Of a stretch of DNA of 64,000 nt, positions 41,101 to 48,748 are shown piece by piece. The notes below the pieces were generated by a model. It saw nothing but the letters and a program-made list of their open reading frames with translations. It did not search any database and had not been told where the DNA came from. Each line of letters begins with the position of its first letter. The first letter of the stretch is position 1. A program made the position numbers and the translations under genes. Source of the stretch: a virus (taxonomy: Duplodnaviria; Caudoviricetes); the IMG/VR virus record IMGVR_UViG_3300020161_002811, positions 18,227 through 82,226 of that record; one strand, written 5' to 3'.

Positions 41101-43432
41101 GTACATCAATTGCTTGCTTTAAAAAGGTTCTCATACCCTTTGGAGTTGACTCCAAGGACATTGACCTAACTCCATCCAGATCCTTTATTAGAGGACTGTT
41201 GACGCTGCGTTCTATTCCGAATGAGTTAAGAAGTTTATCCCAGAGTCCAGACGCTGTATCGTTTAGTATTTTTTCTTGCTCACTTCTAAACGAAGTATTA
41301 TCGGGTAGGAATATTTTTGTTTGAACTTCAGCTGGAGTAAATAGAGTTATATTACTTCCATCTCTCCATTGAGAAATAATATTAGTAGATAAAACGTCAT
41401 TTTCGAAAGAATTCAGATATGTAAGTTTTACATCTTCTGGGAGTACATTTATATCAAAAACTTCAGACTGAGCTTCAAGCCCTGCAGCTGTCAATGCCCC
41501 TTGATCTACTGTAGTATCCGCAGTTTTATTGTCAGAAGTTTTGATTAAGAAACTTTCATTGACATACCTGTGCATTTCTCCGGCTGCTTTACCCATATAC
41601 TGACGATACTTGCCCCAATGTATTGCCTGGTTAAAATCTTTTAGCATTGGCAGGAATGGCTTATGATTGAAGTGAACCATTTCTAAATCGATAACAAGAG
41701 CAAATGGATAATTTGGAGCTGTTGCAATGGACATATTTGAAAGCCCAACAGCGGTAATACCGTGTACGGAATTCAGGTAATCATTTTTAATTGGCAAGAT
41801 TGGAGAGTACTTAAATGCAGCTACAAGACCTCTGAGCGATGATAGAAATTTGTCTATTTTTTCTTCGTCATCTCCGCCATTTTTAAAATCAATCTTAAAG
41901 GTTTCATCTAGGTTTAATGTCGCGGCATCAGAGATTGACAGGCCCCATATCTCTTCATAGTTAGGAAAGAATAATCTCATAGAGATAGTGGTTTCCTTAT
42001 AGCCTGCATTAAATTTAGGTGTGTTTTTTTGCCTGATTGCTCCACCTGTTAGTGATCCTGTTTTGAAATTAGAATTTACGCTAATTGAAACTGGAGGAAC
42101 ATAGAAGTTAGCAGCACCCAGTCTGAGATGAAATATATCTGGTTTTCTGGGTGGAATGTTTTCTCTAAATGGGAAATCTACAAGCGCTTGCTTAATGCGC
42201 TTCGCAGTGCTGTCCACCTTAAAGGCTAGGGTAAATATTGCTTCGCCACCTTTAGTGACTCCAAAAGCTTTTTCCAGTGAATCCATTGCGTCAGCTTCAT
42301 TGTTCAGAGTGTCTTCTGCTCCACCACCCTTACCATTATTTGAGTAATCACCCACCGCAGCTAGTGCATCGAATACGAATGTAACTAAACTTGGAAAATA
42401 AAAGTTTATTATAGAAAATGATATTGGATCTTTTTGAAGATTATAAACTACTTCACTTAATATTGTTAACCATGGAGTATCTATTTCAGGACTAGTATAT
42501 TCATCCATTGACCTTTTAGCTGTTGCAACGCTCTGCAGTCTTTTTTTCGCAAAATTACTAATTTCGTAGGCAAATGAAGCTAGCTGTAAAATTCCGCTTG
42601 ACTCTAACCTGGCGTAGATAGATTTGGAAGTTGCGGTCTCTAATTCTATGGGGCCAGAAGCGCCTAAACCAAAAATTCTACCAGTTGTGTTTATTGTGTT
42701 TTCGTCGGCTTCAAACCCGGAGCCTCTGTTTGTCGAGAAATATTTTTTTATTACTCCATTAATATCATTAGTCTCATTTACTGGATCACTCCCGTACACA
42801 TTATGTAAAAATATTCTAAATTCTGTTAGGTAATCCTTGGTGACTTCATTTTCTGGCTTATTATCTTCTAGCTCTTTATCTTTTTCTGTTGTATTAATTT
42901 TTTCTTCTAGCTCAAGGGCAACTAGATCTTCATCAGTTATTCCGTCTTCGCCTATGTAACTTTTCCAGATATTAAGCCTGTCAATAATAATTGACTTAGC
43001 TGTTTGCATTGTGATTTTTTTTGGAGAATTGTTAGGTAAGTAGGCGTAAAAAAACCAACTTAGTGCTTCTTCTATTTTTGGAACATTTATGGTAGCATAT
43101 CCGTAATTAACTGCCCATGTCTGAAATGTTTCAAGTACAAATAATGAATTTGAATCTTTATCTAAAATTTCGCAGTTTGCCAAACGAAGTATTGACAAAT
43201 AGGCGTACTCGTCGCCTGTGCTTTTAAAGTCATCATCAATTGCATAAATAAGGGCTTTTCCACCTTGATTATTATCATAACCAACTATATCCGGGTAAGA
43301 TCCTGGCAAAATTAAGAACAAGTACATTTCGCTTTCACTGAAAGCAGTAATATCTTCAATTATTGAATTAATACGATTTTCATCTTCAGATAGATACTTT
43401 AAGAGATCTTTTGCTATTGGATTAATTGCCAT
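32177..43432 (-). CDS. giant (3751 aa) baseplate hub-like protein with gp27/late-control-D-like regions, an RlpA-like DPBB insert and a C-terminal SNase-like nuclease domain
   Basis: LKPGVRLHLRGGYGSN...LFNGVITNV...ITAQSD and GELTLVGNPDIRPHDLVYL.D...MYG.FEVEQVVHHF are hub-type motifs. C-terminal FEDGDTF..VRFDGMDTGE..GTRAMA..LNWELVVNNLAKVY is an SNase pattern. Confidence 0.75.
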   Translation of the reverse strand: MAINPIAKDLLKYLSEDENRINSIIEDITAFSESEMYLFLILPGSYPDIVGYDNNQGGKALIYAIDDDFKSTGDEYAYLSILRLANCEILDKDSNSLFVLETFQTWAVNYGYATINVPKIEEALSWFFYAYLPNNSPKKITMQTAKSIIIDRLNIWKSYIGEDGITDEDLVALELEEKINTTEKDKELEDNKPENEVTKDYLTEFRIFLHNVYGSDPVNETNDINGVIKKYFSTNRGSGFEADENTINTTGRIFGLGASGPIELETATSKSIYARLESSGILQLASFAYEISNFAKKRLQSVATAKRSMDEYTSPEIDTPWLTILSEVVYNLQKDPISFSIINFYFPSLVTFVFDALAAVGDYSNNGKGGGAEDTLNNEADAMDSLEKAFGVTKGGEAIFTLAFKVDSTAKRIKQALVDFPFRENIPPRKPDIFHLRLGAANFYVPPVSISVNSNFKTGSLTGGAIRQKNTPKFNAGYKETTISMRLFFPNYEEIWGLSISDAATLNLDETFKIDFKNGGDDEEKIDKFLSSLRGLVAAFKYSPILPIKNDYLNSVHGITAVGLSNMSIATAPNYPFALVIDLEMVHFNHKPFLPMLKDFNQAIHWGKYRQYMGKAAGEMHRYVNESFLIKTSDNKTADTTVDQGALTAAGLEAQSEVFDINVLPEDVKLTYLNSFENDVLSTNIISQWRDGSNITLFTPAEVQTKIFLPDNTSFRSEQEKILNDTASGLWDKLLNSFGIERSVNSPLIKDLDGVRSMSLESTPKGMRTFLKQAIDVLTAGISTTDTKKKIYLYLAKSFVAENATRLDEEKKKWLTDYLGSEERVLVAGYFSQYSSTEESYYLNGVLTSDKSLNEIKHRFDQRADNSGEILDILIDEEIARQTKSTGIEPDREKVKQQVTEAFQVNMYERFFTDGFVKNMMEATRLKDGDYHFNEWEVPMNRVDLDPKNAIVNGVSVSMGNNLAKLQIQMQDEPSYQYIGGKDSYINVSMTVFGEKELLKIRSVFDHVNGLARLEHSTGVIGFLGIKNIITALSGIKYVLPLNYKVDTIPNYPHVYSVQLSLVDFDIFQQQREKISSKQQEDLINHFGTKRNPFLRMKQLWGSFNAYPDLPLGVKDKNGDIVGNLDPDFYFRSFEMFDRDIINNNTTQVDLTKAFTFDSTDKWARNTDGPSGADAIERKIQSVKNRIKDFMRRYSFTDATNAVAMESRRQTNQDLINEMIDYVNESGISIHNFIALFQQASLEPDHDTINNYSKTALLTDYIFLASQSSESSQLFEEFNGAPFVIGNVGITSSQTENIIAQVLSSSHLAEEEFVSFDPDEVDFHKIINLLPLTNPEEQSASEIPAIMYSALGTHFGYIDKDTGRFYLTIEGANVKIEDGAKKLESNYVKDMQTPDTGCTKSLTGISGAQPLSAYQKAYDGSFNNHMEKMLNDVQYRDISGRMIRAFPTYMLWLIDEGGMFAGVKLFDNFYGLQSVIDFSVVSSEDLLGDTLILRVSNMYSKLTTRPSTDIFNAGNDDFNNDPLTPIDGISAILDRTLNIAKNIISGMRNDYVVDINNIRLKPGVRLHLRGGYGSNPNSLQTLFNGVITNVEEGEIVTITAQSDAIELGAVVNSTNKKGDSGKIDGGVDTGMYLSEPRDLMVRLLSMGASRVREAIARATLGTVFSENRFGIRHFGTILYEPINEVERQRADGLRNVVTNAYANAGQGDIGGAANAATFKLSTNVFTRNPVSTFFGDGKIMTSMGQLMSNFSSEVDLELYKRNIYPGNGTGFAQFLGGDLDDGWLTAASLVEGDGKTLAGQAYLENGTDRSWNRLIVEAQNGSVSANNTIDSYVEGNELISAEGRAGAVKNVLLGGLTAGVAAIPGVNVLAGVAGGGALMGLLRGRGGNNVFKTMGIIAPNSDDDLSGFDEVSFRAQTYMRTVWDLFQMCARLLPNYIVAVRPFEDRSTIFYGKPHWLYTSGVVPVTTGFPSVRKANELNLPGYPKDRSPNDDIQTIMNNVNKQSNSLADYEAFKRSEELSDVMAGLAIDQASSTGEYAPTKSLTGKLLNFNSNLAKIRTTKDADGNEIIISKLPISSGKVKMGFHLPVSTNPTTYAPLTPSYDHRQLDNLPVRFKYPFYTISETTVLDKKSYEIRDGGLLSGFTDLLSAKNEIDTNDLDDFDKTLFNQKNVMDRYNEAIKSSEYTEGGATLAVNLIYFLQLESRFLQETEITIRPSSGILELDRPLGFTSLMDSIDSSGVEFLNLDQTTVARMPLPSVSSLQKENYPLVGFEMINSTTAQTEENSDDFSFEYELNQQITYEEWGCPATAAEEQFYIAMKWPYLPTTSDGPIPDSSLSKFKDIYFPNEDLYGTASDYKKRRVLVFSPLTGRAVVCVPAYFMWGEDNDEEVAAVVSPDAAWYLGTFVSHLNQGADLISELSESLPAWANLKSHDSNTLDMTIANSTYAQLEKLSGLSTFPRDVDCLFAFVPDSTPLGVVAAAAAPAKRFYDTTDANAYIIGFGEYAINDNGDSNKFIASKSALIPEDLGDSKGTSAAAGRRNNSLEEYSAENAKITAINYEYGGNILQSGDDPSYFQAILDKDYDALDKGNLYERLDKESYDTGDRDTGGQRVGFAAVYSPMDSTSVEARSFYDENFDPNVSVIAGNGRTLNQASDIWDQFRFGYHTYESVKAIFTKTYGMDADSTDPFPEEFSRILGANNTTSFQNFSESNIKIPGLSATDGTGVDELAILLGSDFFNSETEYGSNYGSTKSTPQDKIEAVEFIRKNYIDYQSKGVQGDAGIIQYFNSVISRSLDGIRSNFFETQVINNALSISIENKDNPETAINLSEAVKTPKQLFLLMVGLFRQKLWSSGYGRAWLVLKPDRKRGAITAGGGGEDGQWSFKPVDKVFEAFINPYSQYAKDNSKFLKLLVSTKGEGSNSSTFIGGITEDVSDFYNANIGPILGAIGDGLSSLLGMFKLSMMQMGYALSEVGNFSKQAHILNKVLNDSIYYSLGRPGTLLRAVDNPFTREYGEPVVEVRQPFQRIHYLSSFSHIISNQIQENLNNVSTVITAVSDGKNPVTVALDKGAPSERQTETTVETGLYYDNMVGSGFLGVLHPFMHPLETFRGYAKTLQGTPDELSARRVALSHLKESIKDIYGGELTLVGNPDIRPHDLVYLSDVYSRMYGIFEVEQVVHHFTSEMGYITSITPNALVTVNDPSRWFMSTWLHSWLSMQNLRNDTRFYMDNIMASNSGINMGGNISVDALADSLSTQMIGGIQYTHGSSALMKDIMANQTALSLPDKARDEITRTGQGKTPGAETVIAVVGASLARAVPIVGQLAWKGWTWLRDNVLDQHGCYVQYLNKNGQPMDAGLSYNQGMVVGRYHTKALLPGILGTKTKVKTPEGNAFIRSDDLLKSLGWQETEIKDLVRYTDYENALTHARVLSLSGLGPEKTSLQTSLFKVIATVTKFEDGDTFDVEDVISGATFTVRFDGMDTGETNTTRVGTLPSQPGGDVNYPFDNTTTLTSTSTPGGRAKIYTQSKLSNKVFVLRLKVSNSSSNDVIFEAQFEPGATENTLANYTKDSFMGDEGTRAMATVWYYQPESVINQAKDFVRSCFATNRGKVIEVGDLSNPVTQKFFTSIYEESPLNVKRSKIIDKINTLGIQYTPPLDLSIQSVADYGLTEEDFTRFYNNLVCFKVLEATYEKVNEWPTIFWDEYYEDGYPATLNWELVVNNLAKVYTKQLQIESQSVISAEESALIPRQVTLNPGT

Positions 43433-43441
43433 TGCGCTTTC

Positions 43442-43891
43442 CTATTTAAACATCATATTGTTACGAACAACAGTTCTAAGTCTATCACTTGAAGAATCTT
43501 TCATTGTAACAGAAGTATAGTTATTCATTATACTAGACTTTGTTTCTCTTTTGAAGGAATCTAAGGTAAAATTTTGCTTTTTTGTTTGCAGGTCCTTGTT
43601 GTACCTGGCTTGCTGGTGTCTTTTGCCACTGTATCCGCTGCCATTCATCTGAAGACGCGTAGTTGGGGCGTCATCTAAGCCCTCTTTAGAATATTTAACT
43701 TTATCAGATTTGCCTGATGCCTGTATCTTTTGGCGTGATTCGCCTACAACATTTTGGGTTGGGCTTTTACTAGAAGCTATTTTTGCTGCATATTTGTTTG
43801 CTGTTAAGGATCTATGGGATGTGTCTTTGGGCTGTTTAGCAGCAGCGCTGAGTGCTTTATTTTGGTCCTTGACATTTAAAATCATATACAT
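43442..43891 (-). CDS. small basic, probably disordered protein
   Basis: 149 aa, K/R/S-rich with few hydrophobic residues; flanked by 6-9 nt spacers inside the operon. Confidence 0.7.
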   Translation of the reverse strand: MYMILNVKDQNKALSAAAKQPKDTSHRSLTANKYAAKIASSKSPTQNVVGESRQKIQASGKSDKVKYSKEGLDDAPTTRLQMNGSGYSGKRHQQARYNKDLQTKKQNFTLDSFKRETKSSIMNNYTSVTMKDSSSDRLRTVVRNNMMFK

Positions 43892-43897
43892 TTAACC

Positions 43898-46800
43898 TTA
43901 ATAAGATCGGGCCATCGATTGATATGGGTCTCTTGCCACATCCGGGATTCTATTATACATAGTACTGTTAATATTCCCATTAGTAAGTCCTGATGCTGCT
44001 GTGCTGAACTTTTGTATTTGATCTCTATCTCCGAACAGGGACACCTTATAGTTCATGCCAGCAGTGTAGCCTTGACCTCTGGCCTGAGGAATCTCTGGTG
44101 ACCTTTTTGGGTAGTCGGATTCATAGGCAGATCCTCCTGGCAATAGCGGTGGACCAGAAATATCTTCTTGGGTATGATCTTTCCTGCTTTGATATAAAAA
44201 GCTTGCTGCTATAGCCAACCCAGTTCCTATTGCTGCATTGCGGACATTGGACTTACCAAACTGTTCTGCCAGATATTGTTTATTAATTCTTTTGTAGGCC
44301 GTTGCTGATGAGGAGGATTCACCACTGCCTGACAAGTCTCTAAGTGTGTCAGCGACTATGCTAGAGGTTTGATCTGTAATATCGTCTGCGTTCCGAAGAA
44401 TATTACTTGAAGCTAAATCTCCATTTAAAAAGGCTGCAGCTTCTTTGTCTGCCTGTGCATTTAATTCGAAAATAGTTTTACTTCTTAGTGCGTTAGCTAT
44501 TTTTTGCTCTTCCATACTAGCTGGCGCCTCAAGGGTTTGACCTTTTATTAATGATGAAATCACAGAAGATTTGTTGTTTGTTCCAAAGAAATCCTCTGCA
44601 AAATTTAGATCTAGTCCATCTTCTACAATGCCAGCCTTTTGAGCGTCGGACATGCCGCCAAAAATGTTATCAATATATTGCCTTAATTCAACATTCCTAG
44701 TTTCTTTTTCATATATAGCTTTATCTTGTGACATTTTCATATATCTTTGAAAAAGATTAGCACTTGTTCCATCTGGTCTCATAGATGAATCTGGAAGTTT
44801 TGTAAAAAAACCTATATCTATATTCTTTTTTATTCCACTATACTGAAGGGCGTTAGTCATCTCGTACCCGGATATGCCCATTGACCTTTGTACGTCCTGC
44901 ATCCCCTCTAAGAGCTTATCTCCTAGTTGCATTTTGCTTATTTCCATTTCTATCTTTGCCATTTCCCCTCCCCCGTCGCTATCTATTGTTCGACCTAAGT
45001 CTTGTATTGACTTTATCAAGGATGCATTTTCATCTAATATTTTTTCTGAAGCAACCTGAGAGCGTTGTGTAATCCTAGAGGCTAATTCTTGCTCTCTAGA
45101 TATTTGTGAATTTGCACTTAATCTTGTCTTAGCCTTGAGGTAATAGTCAGAAGTATTGGCTATGTCTACCATCTCTGAGATAGATCCCTTACCTATAAAT
45201 CCCCTAGCTCTTAAAACTTGTTCTACTTTTTCATATTGACTAGATTGTGCAGCTGCGCTGATGTCGGCTATGTCTGCATCGGGATCTGCCAATGCCATTC
45301 CTTCTGATAAGCTTTTAGCAAAAGTGACAAGATCAGTTTGACTCATCTTTCCACTAGTTAAAAGAGCTTCATCTAATACGAGTTTCTTCTCTGTTATTGG
45401 GTCAGCAAGGTCATATTTTTGCTTTGCGTAGCCAAACATTTTTCCATACTGTTCAATTGTAGTATTGCCTAGCTTATCTAGGTCGGCATCTTCTCCATAT
45501 ATCGCCTTGAGCATCAGGTCAGCCTGCAGGGGGTCCATGCTTCCAGCCTGTGCCATTTGTTGCATGAGTTGCCTACTAGAAGAAATACTTGCTGTAACAA
45601 TATCCTTCTTAGCTGTAACAATCTTCATCTTGCCGGAAGTAAGAGTTTGAGTCATGTCAATGACCTTTTCAGCGGTAGGGAAACCTAGTAGTAATCCCTT
45701 ATCCATAAATTCTTGTTCTATGCCGGGAATTGCGCCTAGTATTCCCTCCATTTGCCTAAGACCATGACCAACTACGGTTGACCTATTGGAATATTGTCCA
45801 AGTATATTTGTATTTGACATTGCCGAATCAATGCTCTCACTGACAAAAGTTTTACCATATAAAACGGCTTTTTGCTCTGGGCTAAGTCCCAAGTTTTGAA
45901 TTTCAGCGTAAAATTTTTCAGACAATTTACTTATTGCTGTTCTGCTCTTGATCAAATCATTTCCATTTAAATTCGAAAGATTTTTTCTTTGCGTTTCTAA
46001 TTCTTTTACAATTTTACCTAATCCTGTTTTTTTCCTCACATCTACTGTGTCATCTAAATTTGAGAATATACCAGCTTCAAGGGGCATTTCTGCAATTTCT
46101 GTTTTTAGCATTTTAAATCCGAGCGACATTAACTCTGGATCTTCATTTCCTAGCGCAATTAATTTTGTTGCAGAAAAGTTTTCTATTGTGTTTTTGCCAG
46201 ATTTTAATACTCCTAGTTTTTCAAAAAAGTTTCTATTGTAATCTCGCATTCCAGTTCCAGTAATTCTTTTACCTGCATCATCAAATTCAGCGCCGCTCAC
46301 CCTGTCGTTAACATCGATTGTCAGTTGCTCTAACATGCCCATTGTATTCGGATTGAAAAGATCGTCTGACATTCCAGTTCCATCAAGAGCGCTGGATAAA
46401 ACTTTATATTTAGAATCTTCTTCAGCCATCTTATTTAAGGTATCCATAAAGAATCTATTTTTACCAAATACTTCACGATAGCTTTCTATATCATCAAATC
46501 TAGTAAGACCAATAATTTCACCCATGGCAGTAGGTTGGCGAACCATAGCAGCGGCTAGTCTGCGCTTACCTTGTGACATATATGTGCCAAGTATGGGTAA
46601 TCCCTTGTCGTCTAAGTCGAAACCACCAAGTGCGTTATAAAACTTCCTAATGTCCCCTTCGTGAAAAAGAATATTATGATTAGAAACTCTGATATGTGCA
46701 ATTTCTGCGGAAATTTCATCACCAGCTTCACCTATTTTTACTGAAATTGGGTTTCCTGATAATATTTTTCTTCCAGTAGTTCCAGTCATTGCGTTTGCTT

Positions 46801-48748
46801 CAGAGTTAAGAGCAAATCTATAAACGTCACCAACGACTGGAAGCTTCTGTCCATTCTTGGTTTTATATAATTCGGATTGATACCATTTAGATAATAGATT
46901 CATATATTCTGGAGAATCATTAATGCTTATGCCACTATTGTGCAAGTCCAAAATTCTTTGCTGGAAGTCTCTACTCATCATTTTTGAGAATTGCTGGTGT
47001 TCCATAAAGTCATCTATATCTAGTTCTGCACCTTTTCTAATTGCCCTTAGGACCTCACTATCTTCTGTTAAGCGCCCGCTAGATAATATTGCTTGGAATT
47101 CATTTAGCACATTTTTTGAATGAGCTTTGGCTATTGCTATATCTTCATTGCTTCCAAAGACTGCGTTTTGAAAAGCTGCTAACATTGGATCGGTATACAC
47201 TCTAGAGGTAGCTTCAGCTAGTCCGCTGAAATTTACGATTGGAGTTCCAGCTGCTATCCCTGTCTCTTTTTTTAATCCACTAATAGCAGTGATGATTCCA
47301 TATTTGTCAAATCTATCTGAAAACTTTTTAAATTGAGCCGCTGTTTTATAGGAATAATCTATTCCGCCAATTCGCACAGAACCTCTAACTGAACCTTGAG
47401 ATAACCCTATAACTTCTCCGTCTTTACCTATACTTATCTCAGCTATCTGCCTTCTTAATTCAACCTTACGAATCATTGATTGTTCGTCTCTGTTTTGGGT
47501 AAGATTTAATAATTCCTCTTGTAGGGTTTCCCTTAGTCTTTGAGCGTACTTTACGTTTACTAGTGACGATCCATCTCGACCTTTTTCTAATTCACCAAAA
47601 AGACCCTTAAGAACCGTTCTAGTTTCATTATCATAACTCCCTGGGATATTTAGTAAATTTTTTACTTGCTCAATACCATATCTTCCCTCTGCGGCATCTA
47701 TGTCTCCATTTCTTACGACTTCACTTATCAGATCCCTTAGTGAACTTTTTATTTGGGCAGACTTTGCACCAAGATTTTTTGCTGCAATTATTTCATCTAA
47801 CACTTCATCGACATATTTACTTGCTTCTTGCTCTGCCTTTCCGCCACCTTCATACTGAAAGGATTGTTTCATAAATTCTACTACATCTTGTTGCTTAACC
47901 GATTTTCCGATTGAAGTATCTTCCCCGAAAGCTAGTGCCATTGTTTCGAACACATTATCAATATTGAGTGTTGCTTCAGATAACTGTTTCATTATCTGTT
48001 CAGAGCCAGCACCGGTAGGATTAAGGGGGATCTTAGGTCCCAGGAAGGATTGCATAAGATCCCCGGATATGGATATTTCTCTTGGAGAAAGAATACCTTT
48101 TAATCTTTTTGGAAGCTTTGCAAATAATTTAGACAACCCTGCATTACCGCCTTTTATTGCTTCATCTAATTCCCCTGGAGTGAATAAAGGTTTTCCACTT
48201 TTTGACATTGTCTCAAGTGTTTCCTGCATTGATAAGACTCGATCACCTTGCCTAAGATTAAGGGCCATTGCCCCATCATCGGTTGGGAAAACTAATCCAG
48301 TTCCCTGTTCTTTCATTTTTTCCAAGAAAGCTGGAATACTTTGAGATCCGATTTTTGCTTTATGGATTACAATTTGAGCACCATATTGCTGATCTCCAGT
48401 AAATCCTAATTCTTTATTGATATCTTTTAATACTTGGGCATAGTCTCTATATTCTGCGGGGCCAAGGGATCCTGGCGCAATATCCGCAAGTTCGGTCGCT
48501 CCAAAACCAGAGATATACTGCACTGCTTTTTCTAGTGAGTCAGTTACCATTTGTGCTGATTCTCCCCGATTCAATCTTAGAGAGTCAACATAAGTTGATT
48601 TAAATTGTAGTTTCCCGTCAACCTCTATGGGTTCTATTAAGCCCTTTTGGCCAAGGTACGTTTTACTTAAGGCTTGTTTAGCTAAAAGTATTTGTCTATC
48701 CATCCGCATAGGCGATAAGTAGGATGTAATTAGGTCACTTAAGGGCAT
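43898..48748 (-). CDS. putative single-subunit two-barrel (double-psi beta-barrel) RNA polymerase, likely virion-associated
   Basis: Ordered motifs: RDGSSLVN (Asp 47573-47575), VRIGGIDYSYKT (Lys 47345-47347), IITAISGLKK (Lys 47270-47272), VYRFALN (Arg 46817-46819) and NILFHE...FYNALGGFDLDDK (46604-46627). The start overlaps the tape-measure stop (TAATG). Confidence 0.65.
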   Translation of the reverse strand: MPLSDLITSYLSPMRMDRQILLAKQALSKTYLGQKGLIEPIEVDGKLQFKSTYVDSLRLNRGESAQMVTDSLEKAVQYISGFGATELADIAPGSLGPAEYRDYAQVLKDINKELGFTGDQQYGAQIVIHKAKIGSQSIPAFLEKMKEQGTGLVFPTDDGAMALNLRQGDRVLSMQETLETMSKSGKPLFTPGELDEAIKGGNAGLSKLFAKLPKRLKGILSPREISISGDLMQSFLGPKIPLNPTGAGSEQIMKQLSEATLNIDNVFETMALAFGEDTSIGKSVKQQDVVEFMKQSFQYEGGGKAEQEASKYVDEVLDEIIAAKNLGAKSAQIKSSLRDLISEVVRNGDIDAAEGRYGIEQVKNLLNIPGSYDNETRTVLKGLFGELEKGRDGSSLVNVKYAQRLRETLQEELLNLTQNRDEQSMIRKVELRRQIAEISIGKDGEVIGLSQGSVRGSVRIGGIDYSYKTAAQFKKFSDRFDKYGIITAISGLKKETGIAAGTPIVNFSGLAEATSRVYTDPMLAAFQNAVFGSNEDIAIAKAHSKNVLNEFQAILSSGRLTEDSEVLRAIRKGAELDIDDFMEHQQFSKMMSRDFQQRILDLHNSGISINDSPEYMNLLSKWYQSELYKTKNGQKLPVVGDVYRFALNSEANAMTGTTGRKILSGNPISVKIGEAGDEISAEIAHIRVSNHNILFHEGDIRKFYNALGGFDLDDKGLPILGTYMSQGKRRLAAAMVRQPTAMGEIIGLTRFDDIESYREVFGKNRFFMDTLNKMAEEDSKYKVLSSALDGTGMSDDLFNPNTMGMLEQLTIDVNDRVSGAEFDDAGKRITGTGMRDYNRNFFEKLGVLKSGKNTIENFSATKLIALGNEDPELMSLGFKMLKTEIAEMPLEAGIFSNLDDTVDVRKKTGLGKIVKELETQRKNLSNLNGNDLIKSRTAISKLSEKFYAEIQNLGLSPEQKAVLYGKTFVSESIDSAMSNTNILGQYSNRSTVVGHGLRQMEGILGAIPGIEQEFMDKGLLLGFPTAEKVIDMTQTLTSGKMKIVTAKKDIVTASISSSRQLMQQMAQAGSMDPLQADLMLKAIYGEDADLDKLGNTTIEQYGKMFGYAKQKYDLADPITEKKLVLDEALLTSGKMSQTDLVTFAKSLSEGMALADPDADIADISAAAQSSQYEKVEQVLRARGFIGKGSISEMVDIANTSDYYLKAKTRLSANSQISREQELASRITQRSQVASEKILDENASLIKSIQDLGRTIDSDGGGEMAKIEMEISKMQLGDKLLEGMQDVQRSMGISGYEMTNALQYSGIKKNIDIGFFTKLPDSSMRPDGTSANLFQRYMKMSQDKAIYEKETRNVELRQYIDNIFGGMSDAQKAGIVEDGLDLNFAEDFFGTNNKSSVISSLIKGQTLEAPASMEEQKIANALRSKTIFELNAQADKEAAAFLNGDLASSNILRNADDITDQTSSIVADTLRDLSGSGESSSSATAYKRINKQYLAEQFGKSNVRNAAIGTGLAIAASFLYQSRKDHTQEDISGPPLLPGGSAYESDYPKRSPEIPQARGQGYTAGMNYKVSLFGDRDQIQKFSTAASGLTNGNINSTMYNRIPDVARDPYQSMARSY

